A DNA stretch of 64,000 nt from an uncultured Gemmatimonadota bacterium (GCA_951812955.1 OX638340.1:1472001-1536000); one strand, 5' to 3'; positions 1-9,432 are shown, counted from the first letter of the stretch. Made by a program: numbers and translations. Notes: generated from the letters alone by a model not told the origin.

Positions 1-443
1 AAAGCGGTGATTGGCGTGCCAAGTGCGAGATGAGCAGCCACGGGGGCGAAGACGTCCCGCCCGTGAAACGTATTGCTGATTCCTGGGAGCATGTACCCGG
101 TCTCTGTCACGGAAACGACACGGTGATCGGACTCCCTGGCGTACACGTGGGCGAAGACGCCGTTGTCCGGACCGACGAAGCGATACCGGGGTGTTTCCAC
201 GATCAGGGCCCGCCTCTCGCCGCCCACGCCGGGATCGACGACGGCCACGTGCACCGTGCCGTCCGGAAAGTATGAATAGGCGGTGCGCAGGATGAAGGCG
301 CCTTCTTCGATCCGCTGGGCAGCGATTCCATGGGACAGATCGACGATCCGGGCCTCCGGGCATATGCACAGGATGACCCCCTTCATGGTGCCCACGAATG
401 CGTCGCGGTGGCCGAAGTCGGTAAGGAGCGTGATCACGGACAT
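1..443 (-). CDS. SAM hydroxide adenosyltransferase (DUF62 / fluorinase-chlorinase-like), partial; the 3' end runs off the window
   Basis: Manual minus-strand translation from the ATG at 441-443 gives MSVITLLTDFGHRDAFVGTMKGVIL...VAVVDPGVGGERRALIVE..., which matches the DUF62 N-terminal signature. It is not in the ORF track because the stop lies outside the window. Confidence 0.6.
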   Translation of the reverse strand, partial: MSVITLLTDFGHRDAFVGTMKGVILCICPEARIVDLSHGIAAQRIEEGAFILRTAYSYFPDGTVHVAVVDPGVGGERRALIVETPRYRFVGPDNGVFAHVYARESDHRVVSVTETGYMLPGISNTFHGRDVFAPVAAHLALGTPITA

Positions 444-1339
444 GGCTTGGCTTTTTTCTCGTCCGGCAATGCGGCGTCTGCGCACGATCCCGATTCGCCG
501 GCCAGCCTGGACTCTCCCGGCTGCCTGGTCTCTCCGAACGCTCCGGCCTCTCCGGACTGCCCGATCTGGCCGACAAGGATATTCCGCGGCAGGTCGGCGC
601 TGACCGGGCTTCCGTCAAAATCGCCATAGGCCTGCACGATTTCCAATCCGGCCCGGGCCATCATCTCGCCGAGTTCGTCCAGTGTATACATCCGCACGGA
701 TTCGTCGTAGCTTCGTTCCGCGCCGTCTTCTCTGATCCGCACCTGCTTATTGATGCGCACGTGACCACCCGTCTCGGACGGATCCCCAGAGATCCAGCGC
801 CTCTGTTCGACTTCCATGCCCTCCACGGTGCGGCTGTCCGCCGGGACAAACGTGGAGATGACGTATTCGCGGTTCAGGTAATCCATGAGGAAACGGCCGC
901 CGGGACGCAACGACCGCGTGATGGCATCCAAAACACGCGCGTTCTCCCTGTCCTCCTGGAAGTAACCGAAGCTGGTGAAGAAATTCACGACGAGATCGAA
1001 GGCGGAGACTCCGGGCGGATCGCGCATGTCGCCCTGGATGAAAGTGATGTCCAGCCCTTCTTCCGCTGTACGGCGACGTGCCCTTTCAAGCAATTCTTCC
1101 GATAGGTCAAGTCCAGTTACCCGGTAACCGCGCCGGGCGAGTTCGAGGCTGTGACGGCCGTCGCCGCAACCGAGGTCCAGAACTTCGCACGACGGAGGTA
1201 TGTCCATGTTGTCGACGAGGAAATCGACCTGGCGGTGCGCCTCTTCGTCGTTTCGATGGGGATACACCCGCAGGTAGTCGTAACGAAAGGCGGTCTTGTA
1301 CCAGTCGGATGCCGGACTGCGATGAGAAGCCATGACCAC
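434..1339 (-). CDS. class I SAM-dependent methyltransferase
   Basis: VLDLGCGDGRHSLELARRGYRVTGLDLSEE is a SAM-binding motif I. The ORF starts at GTG 1339, with an alternative ATG at 1333. Its 3' end overlaps the start codon of the downstream DUF62 gene (CCATGTCCGTGA), indicating translational coupling. The C-terminal roughly 50 aa are low-complexity. Confidence 0.8.
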   Translation of the reverse strand: MVMASHRSPASDWYKTAFRYDYLRVYPHRNDEEAHRQVDFLVDNMDIPPSCEVLDLGCGDGRHSLELARRGYRVTGLDLSEELLERARRRTAEEGLDITFIQGDMRDPPGVSAFDLVVNFFTSFGYFQEDRENARVLDAITRSLRPGGRFLMDYLNREYVISTFVPADSRTVEGMEVEQRRWISGDPSETGGHVRINKQVRIREDGAERSYDESVRMYTLDELGEMMARAGLEIVQAYGDFDGSPVSADLPRNILVGQIGQSGEAGAFGETRQPGESRLAGESGSCADAALPDEKKAKPCP

Positions 1340-1543
1340 CTGCCGTATTTACGGATTTACGGGTTCTTGAAACGACGAATTTTCAATATACAACGCAGTG
1401 GTTCCTCGTCAATCCGTGATTGCCGGTCCGCCCGGTACCACGGCGCTTTCTGTTGACAACAGGTACTCATACGTTTAGTTTTCCCATGTTGACTCACGGC
1501 CGCGGCGCCAGGTTTAACGTCCCGGCCCTGACTGGAGTATGCC

Positions 1544-1927
1544 ATGGCCGGCAAAGACAGGCGGGCAAACGGTTCCGAGCCGGATGACGCGGAATTCGAA
1601 AAGCTGCTCGACGAAATGGACGAACTGGGACGGCAAGCCGATGCCCTGCGCGCGAAGGTGAATAATCTCATCGACGAGATGCGGCAGAACGACGTCACTG
1701 CGGACGAGGAAGGCACAGCGGGCGACCTCGCAGTAGACGCGGGGGATGTCTCGGCGAGCGAGGAATCGGGCGACGCACCGGACGAACAAGAAAAAGCGGA
1801 CGGCATCCCGGCAGGCGAGGGCGAGGAGGGAAACGAGGCCGGAGATGGAGACGTCGCTGTGGATACGGACAACGCGGAGGGCAAATCGGGCGGAGAAAGC
1901 CTTGGACGAGCAAGCGGACCAAATTAG
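1544..1927 (+). CDS. hypothetical acidic protein with an N-terminal coiled-coil
   Basis: GGAG sits 9 nt upstream of the ATG. The N-terminus reads EFEKLLDEMDELGRQADALRAKVNNLIDEM, followed by a D/E/G-rich tail. The antisense Ser/Pro-rich ORF 1357-1884 is rejected. Confidence 0.45.
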   Translation: MAGKDRRANGSEPDDAEFEKLLDEMDELGRQADALRAKVNNLIDEMRQNDVTADEEGTAGDLAVDAGDVSASEESGDAPDEQEKADGIPAGEGEEGNEAGDGDVAVDTDNAEGKSGGESLGRASGPN

Positions 1928-1939
1928 AAGTGAAACGAG

Positions 1940-1968
1940 TTGACAAATTGAAGACATGTAGGCATAAT
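1940..1968 (+). promoter_or_regulatory. near-consensus sigma70 promoter (-35 TTGACA 1940-1945, 17-nt spacer, -10 CATAAT 1963-1968)
   Basis: Read directly in the sequence. It lies at the GC-rich to AT-rich transition, about 75 nt upstream of the 2044 ATG. An AGAGG ribosome-binding site sits 8 nt before that ATG. Confidence 0.55.
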
Positions 1969-2043
1969 TCGCTATGAGGAATGGGTAAGTCCAATCTCGT
2001 TGATGAATAAGAGTAATAATCGTAGTGATTGTAGAGGCTCAGT

Positions 2044-2526
2044 ATGATGGCTACACAGGAAATTGAAAGTGCCAATCATATCATAAGCAAAATCGACGAG
2101 TTTCCTGATTACTTTTTAAGACAATACAGTAATGTTCAAAATGAAGCGTTACTTTCAAAAAAACTTGAATACACCGTTCGGTCGTTTAACAAGAGACTGG
2201 AAATCGCATATGAGATCTCTCATGATTTTATAGAATTCTTAAAGCAAGATGGAATAATCGATCCAGAGCAGCCGTTAGTCGGGTGTGTGCAAGAGTACGA
2301 AAAGGTTTGCTCTGAACTCTATCTATATTTCAACCAAATCCCCTCAGACTCTTTTCATTTCCCGCATATCGTTGAAAGATTAACAAAAATACTAAAAGAC
2401 TATGCTGGTAAATTCCAGGATTTACGCTGGGAGGTTATGATCCATAACGGGCTTCTTGCACCTCGGCATACAAATACATTTTCAGGTGGAGATGAGTTTG
2501 AGCAAATTTTAAAACAACGAAATTAA
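2044..2526 (+). CDS. hypothetical 160-aa protein; putative antitoxin or partner of the downstream RelE/ParE-like toxin
   Basis: AT-rich ORF with no motif I recognise. Its TAA stop at 2524-2526 is 1 nt from the ATG of the next gene (TAACATG), a tightly coupled bicistron. Confidence 0.55.
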   Translation: MMATQEIESANHIISKIDEFPDYFLRQYSNVQNEALLSKKLEYTVRSFNKRLEIAYEISHDFIEFLKQDGIIDPEQPLVGCVQEYEKVCSELYLYFNQIPSDSFHFPHIVERLTKILKDYAGKFQDLRWEVMIHNGLLAPRHTNTFSGGDEFEQILKQRN

Positions 2527-2527
2527 C

Positions 2528-2830
2528 ATGAATTACCCCTTCGACGTTCCATCCGAATTCGTAGAACCAGATGATTCCTTCCTTGAGCAACACCAAAAAC
2601 TTCCCTCGTCTTTAAAACAAAATTTCCAAAGATTGTTAGATCAATTCAGAAATCACCGTTTAACACCCGGTCGCAGATTAAAAAAAATCGGTCCTAATCT
2701 GTTCTCGGTAAGATTAAACAGAAAATACCGTTTCGTATATGAATTGCTTTATATAGATGGAAAAGCTGTTGGAAGGCCTCTGGCCGTAGGAAACCATGAT
2801 GAAACATACGACTCGGCAAGTCGGGTTTAA
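2528..2830 (+). CDS. RelE/ParE-family type II toxin (mRNA interferase fold)
   Basis: The C-terminal half LKKIGPNLFSVRLNRKYRFVYELLYIDGKAVGRPLAVGNHDETY matches the RelE/ParE consensus (...LkG.l.g.ysiRig.dYRiiY.v.d..v.vlrIghRkdvY). The gene has AT-rich island composition. Confidence 0.7.
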   Translation: MNYPFDVPSEFVEPDDSFLEQHQKLPSSLKQNFQRLLDQFRNHRLTPGRRLKKIGPNLFSVRLNRKYRFVYELLYIDGKAVGRPLAVGNHDETYDSASRV

Positions 2831-2941
2831 TCAATGAAACGTGTTTCCCCCGTCCTCCCGGTCATAACCAACTAGACTAACATCGGGTTTGGCCGTTGGT
2901 CTTCTATTGTGTGGACTCATCATCTCGAACGGGTTTTAATC

Positions 2942-3916
2942 TCACACCGCGCCAGCCAGGCCGCGTAACCTCTCGTACACGCCGAATGCCTCTTCTCTTG
3001 CGGGTATGGAGTACGTCGCCCCGCGGCCTCGAACCTTGAGGCCGGCCATGACGGTGCCAAGACGGGCGGATTCAACGGCGCTCATGCCATGGGTCAGTCC
3101 GTACAGCAGCCCACCGTTGAAGACGTCCCCGGCCCCCGACGTATCAGACACGTGTTCAGGGACGTAGGCTCGGAGTTCGTGGATTTCGTCGTCCAGCCCG
3201 AGCACGGCGCCTTCCGCGCCGCATTTCACCGCGACCATCTTCACACCCATTTCACGAGCTTGACCGATCACCGCGCGGGCATCGTTCGTACCGAATAGGG
3301 CTTCGCTCTCCTCCGGCGCGCTGGGCAGGAGGATATCCACGTAGGGGATGATCTCGTCCAGTGCCTCTCTGGCTTCCTCCAGGGACCACAGGCCGAGCCT
3401 CAGGTTCGTGTCAAAGGCCGTCGCGACGTTTCTTTCCCGCGAAACGCGGAAGGCCTCCAGCACGGCCGCCCGGCTGCTCTTCGATATGGCCTGGGTGATT
3501 CCGCTGGCATAGACGACTTTCGCGCTTCCGATGTAATCCGGATCGATGTCGGACGGTTCGAGGAAGCTCGCGGCGCTGCCTGCCCGGTAGTAGGTGAATT
3601 CCCGTTCGCCACCCGGAAGGATGGAGATGAAGTAGAGTCCGTTGGGCCGGTCCAGCGCGGTAGCGCAACGCAGGTCGATGCCCTCCGACCGCCACGCCCC
3701 GGTCAGGAAATCCTGGAAGGGGTCGTTGCCGACGTGCGTGACGTACCCGGTCTTGGCGCCCAGGCGGGAGGCCGCCACGAGCATGTTCATGGTGTCGCCG
3801 GCGAAGGTGCGGGTGTAGGTATCTGTGCTGGCGAGGGGCCCTTCGCAGAACATCTCGATCATGCACTCGCCGATCGAGATGATGTCCAGTTTGGAAGGGC
3901 TGTCGGTTATGCCCAC
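2942..3916 (-). CDS. PfkB-family carbohydrate kinase (2-keto-3-deoxygluconate kinase-like)
   Basis: It carries the DTSGAGDVFNGGLLYGL PfkB signature 2 and the N-terminal LDIISIGECMIEMF motif. GTG start at 3916 with a GAGGT ribosome-binding site. The listed 550-aa ORF 2942-4594 is a frame artefact that runs through the upstream methyltransferase gene. Confidence 0.85.
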   Translation of the reverse strand: MGITDSPSKLDIISIGECMIEMFCEGPLASTDTYTRTFAGDTMNMLVAASRLGAKTGYVTHVGNDPFQDFLTGAWRSEGIDLRCATALDRPNGLYFISILPGGEREFTYYRAGSAASFLEPSDIDPDYIGSAKVVYASGITQAISKSSRAAVLEAFRVSRERNVATAFDTNLRLGLWSLEEAREALDEIIPYVDILLPSAPEESEALFGTNDARAVIGQAREMGVKMVAVKCGAEGAVLGLDDEIHELRAYVPEHVSDTSGAGDVFNGGLLYGLTHGMSAVESARLGTVMAGLKVRGRGATYSIPAREEAFGVYERLRGLAGAV

Positions 3917-3924
3917 GGCGGATC

Positions 3925-4584
3925 TTACCTCTTCAAACTCACGGCCACCCCGTCCCGCAAGGGGATAATCGTCGTCCAGACCTCGTCGGTACCATAGGCC
4001 TTCCTGTTGTATTCCTGGATGGCCGAGGTCCAGCGGTCGTCGGAAGGCTGCGTCACGCGTCCGCTCCAGAGCACGTTGTCGGTGATCAACAGGCCACCCC
4101 GGCGGATGCGCGGCAGCGCCAGGTCGAACACGCGGGGATAGTCGTGCTTGTCCACGTCGTTGAAGATCAGGTCGAAGCTGCCCTCGGTCTGCTCCAGCAG
4201 TTCCAGCGCGTCGCCCACCTGGATCACGACGCGGTCCGCCACGCCGGCGCGCTCGATGAACCTTCGGGCCTGGTTGGCGTTCTGCTCGCTGCCGTCGGAG
4301 TAGTAAATCCTGCCTTCCGGACCCACCGCCCGGGCGAGCCAGATGGTTGAATAGCCAATGGCCGAACCCATCTCGAACACGCGGCGCGCGCCGCTTAACA
4401 CGGCCATCTGATGCAGCACGCGGCCGACCAGGGGGCCGACGATAGGTATCCGCTCCGCATTCGCCTTTTCTTCCATTTCGGTGAGGACCTCGTCCCTTTC
4501 GGGCATCAGGTCCGTCAGATAGCCGTCCAGCGCTTCCGAGAGTACGTTGGGCATTGGGTTGTTGCTCCTGCTGTTGCGGGCCAT
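3925..4584 (-). CDS. class I SAM-dependent O-methyltransferase (caffeoyl-CoA OMT / YrrM family)
   Basis: VFEMGSAIGYSTIWLA is a SAM motif I, LIFNDVDKHDYP is the OMT family pattern, and the length is 219 aa. Confidence 0.85.
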   Translation of the reverse strand: MARNSRSNNPMPNVLSEALDGYLTDLMPERDEVLTEMEEKANAERIPIVGPLVGRVLHQMAVLSGARRVFEMGSAIGYSTIWLARAVGPEGRIYYSDGSEQNANQARRFIERAGVADRVVIQVGDALELLEQTEGSFDLIFNDVDKHDYPRVFDLALPRIRRGGLLITDNVLWSGRVTQPSDDRWTSAIQEYNRKAYGTDEVWTTIIPLRDGVAVSLKR

Positions 4585-4611
4585 GGTATTTCAAAGCTCC
4601 GTGGTGTCGAA

Positions 4612-5541
4612 TCAGAAGATCTCGACCTTAACATACCTGCCGGGATTGGATTTCAGATCAACGACGAGTTCGTCCAGGTTGGTCACCAGGCGGTCCATCT
4701 TGACGAACACGCGGTCGACGTCGTCGTACAGCGTCTCATCCAGGAGCAGCTTGCCGAGTGTTCCCTCGCCCCGGTCCATCCGGGCGAGAATGTTATCCAG
4801 CGATGTATTCGTGGACTGCAGGCCGTTCACCAGGGTCTTCAACTGGCCCGAAGTGCTTTCCAGGTTGTCCAGGGTGTTCGAAACCTTGGACCGTTCGGTC
4901 TCGCTCAGGTTCTTCGCGTTGACCACCAGCGAGTCCATGTTCGTCAGGACCCGGTTGAACTGCGCGCTCTCGCGTTTAATGGTCTCCTGCAGTTCGACGG
5001 TCAGGTCGTGCATAGCCGCAAGACTGCTCATTACCGACTTATCCCGACCGGGGTCCAGGAGCAGGTTGGCGTTTTTCAGCAGGTCGCGCACGTTCACGGT
5101 AACGGAATCGACCTGGGTGAACATGTCGGAAATCCCCGGCGCGGACGTACCCTCGATAGTGCCCCCCGGCGGAATCATCGTCGTACTGACGCCCTTGCGG
5201 ATGTTGATGGATTTCTCGCCCATGACGCTGCGCGAAATCACTTCCACCTGCGAATCCTCGGGGATCTCGTAGGGCTCGTCGATACGCAGGGTGACGATGG
5301 GTGTCAGGTCGTCGAGCGTCACGGCCTCGACTTTGCCGATGCGCACGCCGCCTACGAGGATCGGATCGGTGGATTTCACCCCTACGGCGCTGCTCAAACG
5401 TACCTCGACCAGGTAGGTATCTCCCGTTACGCGCCATTCTTTCAGATAGAACAGGCCCCAGACGAATATGATGATCGCCAGGAGAAATACCATGCCCAGT
5501 TTCGCTTCGTCGGGCAGCAGACTGTTTTTCTGGTACGTCAC
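4612..5541 (-). CDS. mlaD: MlaD/MCE-domain protein (phospholipid ABC transport periplasmic component)
   Basis: N-terminal TM helix, then the MCE domain (LVEVRLSSAVGVKSTDPILVGGVRIGKV), then a coiled-coil C-terminus. Confidence 0.8.
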   Translation of the reverse strand: MTYQKNSLLPDEAKLGMVFLLAIIIFVWGLFYLKEWRVTGDTYLVEVRLSSAVGVKSTDPILVGGVRIGKVEAVTLDDLTPIVTLRIDEPYEIPEDSQVEVISRSVMGEKSINIRKGVSTTMIPPGGTIEGTSAPGISDMFTQVDSVTVNVRDLLKNANLLLDPGRDKSVMSSLAAMHDLTVELQETIKRESAQFNRVLTNMDSLVVNAKNLSETERSKVSNTLDNLESTSGQLKTLVNGLQSTNTSLDNILARMDRGEGTLGKLLLDETLYDDVDRVFVKMDRLVTNLDELVVDLKSNPGRYVKVEIF

Positions 5542-5556
5542 GTCGAACCTCCTGGT

Positions 5557-6333
5557 TTACAGGATCGTCCTGGCCAGCAGATAGTCCAGGCACAGAATCA
5601 ATATGCACGACACCACCACGGTATTGGTGGTCGCCTGGCCCACACCTTCCGCGCCTGAGCCCGGTTTCACCTTGAAACCCTGGTAGCAGGCGATGGTGGT
5701 GATTGTTATCCCGAAGCAGAAGGCCTTGGACAGCCCGAAGAATGCGTCCTTGGTCCGGAAGAACTCCCGCATGCCCCGTTCGAAATCGGGGATGCTCACC
5801 TGCATCCGGTCGATGGCCGCGACCATGCCAGACAGCACCCCGATCAGGTCGGCGAACACCACGAGGACCGGCAGCATGAACATGCCGGCGATGATGCGGG
5901 GGATCGCCAGGTAGACGATGGGGTTCATCGCCATCACCTCGTAGGCGTCGATCTGCTCGGTCACCCGCATCGTGCCGAGTTCGGCCGCGATGGTGGCGCC
6001 CACCCGTCCCGACAGCACCAGGGCGCCGAGTACAGGCGCGAGTTCGAGGACCACCGATGAAAGGACGACGCTGCCCACGAGGTAGGCGGGTACGTACCCC
6101 TGGAATTGGTACCCGGTCTGCACGGCGGTCACGAGGCCGGCGAAGAAGGCGATGATCAGGACGATCGGCATGGAATGGATGCCGATCTCGAACATCTGGT
6201 GGACCATCAGCCCCCAGTACGTCCTGATCCGCGGCAGGTTCCGGACGACTTCGACCATCATCATGCCGAAGTCGCCGATATTCGTCAGCGCCCAGAGAAC
6301 GCGTCTGCCAAGGAAGGAAAAGAAGGAGGTCAT
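5557..6333 (-). CDS. mlaE: MlaE/YrbE-family ABC transporter permease
   Basis: 258 aa and polytopic. It has the characteristic MlaE motifs (GYQFQGYVPAYLVGSVV, AMNPIVYLAIPRIIA). Confidence 0.85.
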   Translation of the reverse strand: MTSFFSFLGRRVLWALTNIGDFGMMMVEVVRNLPRIRTYWGLMVHQMFEIGIHSMPIVLIIAFFAGLVTAVQTGYQFQGYVPAYLVGSVVLSSVVLELAPVLGALVLSGRVGATIAAELGTMRVTEQIDAYEVMAMNPIVYLAIPRIIAGMFMLPVLVVFADLIGVLSGMVAAIDRMQVSIPDFERGMREFFRTKDAFFGLSKAFCFGITITTIACYQGFKVKPGSGAEGVGQATTNTVVVSCILILCLDYLLARTIL

Positions 6334-6339
6334 GGTCGG

Positions 6340-8496
6340 CTAAAGCGCGATGAGCGGGGCGATGACCAAAGACACCACCGACATCAGCTTGATCAATATG
6401 TTCAGCGAGGGGCCGGACGTGTCCTTGAAGGGATCGCCCACGGTGTCTCCCACGACAGCGGCCTTGTGGGCCTCCGAACCCTTCCCGTACCGAACGCCGT
6501 CGATGGTCAGTCCCTCTTCGATCATCTTCTTCGCGTTATCCCAGGCACCGCCCGAATTAGCCTGGAAGATGGCCATGAGCACGCCGCACACGGTGACGCC
6601 GGCCAGCAGGCCGCCCAGGGTCTCCGGACCGAAGATGAAACCCACGGCGACGGGCGTCAGCACGGCCAGCAGGCCGGGAAGCACCATGCGCCGTATGGCC
6701 GCCTTGGTAGAGATCTCCACGCAGCGGGCGTATTCGGGTTTTCCACTCGCCGCCTCGAAGACGTCTCGGTCCTCCTTCGTCCAATCCCCTTCCGCCACCC
6801 CGTCGTTCTTCTTCATTACCGACAGCGCGGCCTTTAGTTCCGGGATGGCATTGAACTGGCGCCGGACCTCTTCGATCATGGCCATGGCCGCCTGTCCCAC
6901 GGCGTTCATTGCGAGCGCGGAGAAGAGGAAGGGCAACATGCCGCCCACGAAGAGTCCCGCCATCACGCGGGGATTGGCGATATCGATGCTCGAGATGCCC
7001 ACCTGTACCATGTAGGCCGCGAACAACGCAAGCGCTGTAAGCGCCGCGGAGCCGATGGCGAATCCTTTGCCGATGGCCGCGGTCGTGTTGCCCACCGCGT
7101 CTAGCTTGTCGGTGCGCTGCCGGACTTCGGGGGGTAGCTCGGCCATCTCGGCCACGCCGCCCGCATTATCTGAAATTGGGCCATAGGCGTCCACCGCCAG
7201 CTGGATTCCCGTGTTGGACAGCATGCCCAGGGCCGCCATGGCGATCCCGTAAAGACCGGCGAAGTAATAGGCGCCCATGATGCCGGCGGCGATGATCAGG
7301 ATGGGGATGGCCGTGGACTGCATGCCGATGCCCAGGCCGGCTATGATGTTGGTCGCCGTACCCGTCACGGACTGTCGCGCAATGGAGGTGACGGGGCCTT
7401 TGTGGGTACCCGTGTAGTGTTCGGTAATCAGACCGATGCCGAGTCCGGCCAACAGTCCGATTGTAGCCGCAATGAAAACCCCCAGGCTGGTGTAAGTCTC
7501 GCCGCCCAGGGTGAAGTCGCCGGGCAGCAGGTAGTCGATGAGCAGGTACATTACGGCGACCATGATCGCGGAGGATCCGAATTCGCCCTTGTTCAGGCCG
7601 GACTGGGGATTGCCGCCCTCCTTGACGGAGACCATGAATGTGCCGAGGATCGAGATGATGATGCCCGCGCCCGCGATAATCAGGGGCAGGGTGATGAAGA
7701 TCGGATCGTAAACGCCCGCCACGAGGATGCCGGCGCCCAGTACCATGGAGCCGACGATGGAGCCCACGTAGGATTCGAAGAGATCGGCGCCCATCCCCGC
7801 CACGTCGCCTACATTGTCGCCCACGTTGTCGGCGATCGCGGCCGGATTCAGCGGATGGTCCTCGGGTATTCCCGCCTCGACCTTGCCCACCAGATCCGCG
7901 CCAACATCGGCCGCCTTCGTATAGATGCCACCGCCCACGCGGGCGAAGAGGGCGATCGAGGAAGCGCCCAGCGAGAAGCCGGAAATGACGTTCAGCACCC
8001 GGCCGATCCCGGACTCATCGATACCGAAGAGGCCCGTATAGAGGATGAACAGGCCGCCGAGACCCAGGACGCCCAGGCCCACGACGTTGAGCCCCATGAC
8101 CGAACCGCCTGCAAAGGCCACGTGCAGCGCCCGGGCAAGGCCGGTCCGCGCCGCGTGGGTCGTCCGCGTATTGGCCCGGATGGCCACGCGCATGCCCAGG
8201 AATCCGGCCAGACCCGAAGCGAGCGCGCCGGTGACGAAGGACAGGGCGATGAGCGCACTCGATTCGACCTTGCCCATATTCGCCACGGCCAGCAGCACGG
8301 CAACGATCACGACGAAAATCGCCAGCACCCGGTACTCCGCCTTGAGAAAGGCCATGGCGCCCTCGGAAATGCTTGCGCCAATGGCTTTCATCTTATCCGT
8401 TCCCTCTTCCTGCCTGTTGATCCAGGACGTCCTCCAGATGGAGTAAATCAATCCCAACAGGCCCGCGCCGATCACACCATACATCAACTCGTTCAT
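6340..8496 (-). CDS. hppA: membrane-bound proton-translocating pyrophosphatase (V-type H+-PPase)
   Basis: 718 aa. [20 protein letters not shown] and [21 protein letters not shown] are H+-PPase signatures. An AAAGGAGAAAG ribosome-binding site precedes the ATG. Confidence 0.95.
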   Translation of the reverse strand: MNELMYGVIGAGLLGLIYSIWRTSWINRQEEGTDKMKAIGASISEGAMAFLKAEYRVLAIFVVIVAVLLAVANMGKVESSALIALSFVTGALASGLAGFLGMRVAIRANTRTTHAARTGLARALHVAFAGGSVMGLNVVGLGVLGLGGLFILYTGLFGIDESGIGRVLNVISGFSLGASSIALFARVGGGIYTKAADVGADLVGKVEAGIPEDHPLNPAAIADNVGDNVGDVAGMGADLFESYVGSIVGSMVLGAGILVAGVYDPIFITLPLIIAGAGIIISILGTFMVSVKEGGNPQSGLNKGEFGSSAIMVAVMYLLIDYLLPGDFTLGGETYTSLGVFIAATIGLLAGLGIGLITEHYTGTHKGPVTSIARQSVTGTATNIIAGLGIGMQSTAIPILIIAAGIMGAYYFAGLYGIAMAALGMLSNTGIQLAVDAYGPISDNAGGVAEMAELPPEVRQRTDKLDAVGNTTAAIGKGFAIGSAALTALALFAAYMVQVGISSIDIANPRVMAGLFVGGMLPFLFSALAMNAVGQAAMAMIEEVRRQFNAIPELKAALSVMKKNDGVAEGDWTKEDRDVFEAASGKPEYARCVEISTKAAIRRMVLPGLLAVLTPVAVGFIFGPETLGGLLAGVTVCGVLMAIFQANSGGAWDNAKKMIEEGLTIDGVRYGKGSEAHKAAVVGDTVGDPFKDTSGPSLNILIKLMSVVSLVIAPLIAL

Positions 8497-8516
8497 ATTC
8501 CGAAACTTTCTCCTTT

Positions 8517-8561
8517 AAACCAGCTGGCTGAAAACCAGCCGGCTGAAAACCAGTTTGCTGA
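8517..8561. repeat. 15-bp tandem repeat x3 (AAACCAGCTGGCTGA-like) in the hppA 5' leader
   Basis: The three units aaaccagctggctga / aaaccagccggctga / aaaccagtttgctga were seen directly in the sequence. Confidence 0.7.
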
Positions 8562-8570
8562 ACACACAGA

Positions 8571-8599
8571 GGGCGGGTCTGAAAACCCGCCCCGTTTCT
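8571..8599 (-). terminator. GC-rich hairpin (GGGCGGGT-ctgaaa-ACCCGCCC) between the tonB stop and hppA; probable terminator or attenuator for the TonB operon
   Basis: A perfect 8-bp stem seen in the sequence. The U-tract is weak on both strands, so strand and function are uncertain. Confidence 0.35.
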
Positions 8600-8691
8600 A
8601 ACCTGCGTACATTTTTGGATTAAGCGCGAAGCATGCCGCAGCTCGTATGGCCTTGCGGCCCGCATGGCCGCGTCGCACCGGTTTCACCCTG

Positions 8692-9432
8692 TCAGCGCAA
8701 GTTGAATATGATCCGCTGCGCAACCCAGACGGCAACCGGCTGGTTGTTCTGGATCGCAGGCGTGTACTTCGTATTCTTCAAAGCCTCGACCGCCGCCTCG
8801 TCCAATCCCGCGCCGATCCCTCTGATGATCTGTGCGTCTCGCACGTTTCCCCTTTTGTCGATCAGGATCTTAACCCACACGGTGCCTTCGATGCCCGCTT
8901 TGCGAGCCAGTTCCGGATACTCGGGCGTTATGGGCGTGATGGGCTTTGGCTCGATCTCAAAAGCCACGAAGGCATCGGGAGGAGGCAGCGCCTCGTCCTC
9001 GATCCGGATGTTCTCTTCCTCCGGCGCCTCGATGATGATGTTCTCCTCCTCAATGTCCTGGATCACCGGAGCGATACTTTGGCTCATCTCGGTCTGGGTG
9101 GCGATCGTCATCTCGGCGGACACCTCGGCGTCATCAACGGGTTCAGGTATGCCGATGACCGGCCTCGAAGGCGCCTCCACCGGTACCTCCGGCATTTCCG
9201 GCGCGTCGGTCAGCGCCGGGGGCGGTCCCAGGTCGGCGTATTCCAGGATCCTTGTCGCGTAGACCCGGTTAGACTCCTGGATGTACCATACGGTCCAGTA
9301 GGTTCCCAGGGCAAGCATGTGCACGATAATGGCTGCTATGATGCCCCGTTTGGCATTCCGCTGATAGAAGAACTTGATGGGGGATTCTTTTTTCAGGGGG
9401 AAATGGTCGACGCTGAGCAGCGATCCGATCAT
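8692..9432 (-). CDS. tonB: TonB-family energy transducer
   Basis: N-terminal anchor, a Pro/Glu-rich linker, and the C-terminal TonB_C domain (YPELARKAGIEGTVWVKILIDKRGNVRDAQII). Confidence 0.8.
   Translation of the reverse strand: MIGSLLSVDHFPLKKESPIKFFYQRNAKRGIIAAIIVHMLALGTYWTVWYIQESNRVYATRILEYADLGPPPALTDAPEMPEVPVEAPSRPVIGIPEPVDDAEVSAEMTIATQTEMSQSIAPVIQDIEEENIIIEAPEEENIRIEDEALPPPDAFVAFEIEPKPITPITPEYPELARKAGIEGTVWVKILIDKRGNVRDAQIIRGIGAGLDEAAVEALKNTKYTPAIQNNQPVAVWVAQRIIFNLR

Noticed and set aside
1357-1884. 175-aa Ser/Pro-rich minus-strand ORF
   Set aside because: It is antisense to the acidic coiled-coil ORF, which has a ribosome-binding site and a sensible heptad N-terminus. The minus frame is low-complexity.
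2942-4594. 550-aa minus-strand ORF
   Set aside because: It is a frame artefact. Its C-terminal 325 aa are the PfkB kinase, but the N-terminal 225 aa are Arg-rich junk read through the separate, well-supported O-methyltransferase gene 3925-4584 in another frame. The kinase was re-called as 2942-3916.
4411-5658. 415-aa plus-strand ORF
   Set aside because: It is antisense to mlaD and mlaE. The composition is biased and no motif is seen.
7402-8601. 399-aa plus-strand ORF, with 6350-7015 and 8045-8446
   Set aside because: These are antisense to the H+-PPase gene. They have a low-complexity Asp/Gly/Arg composition typical of GC-rich antisense frames and no ribosome-binding site.
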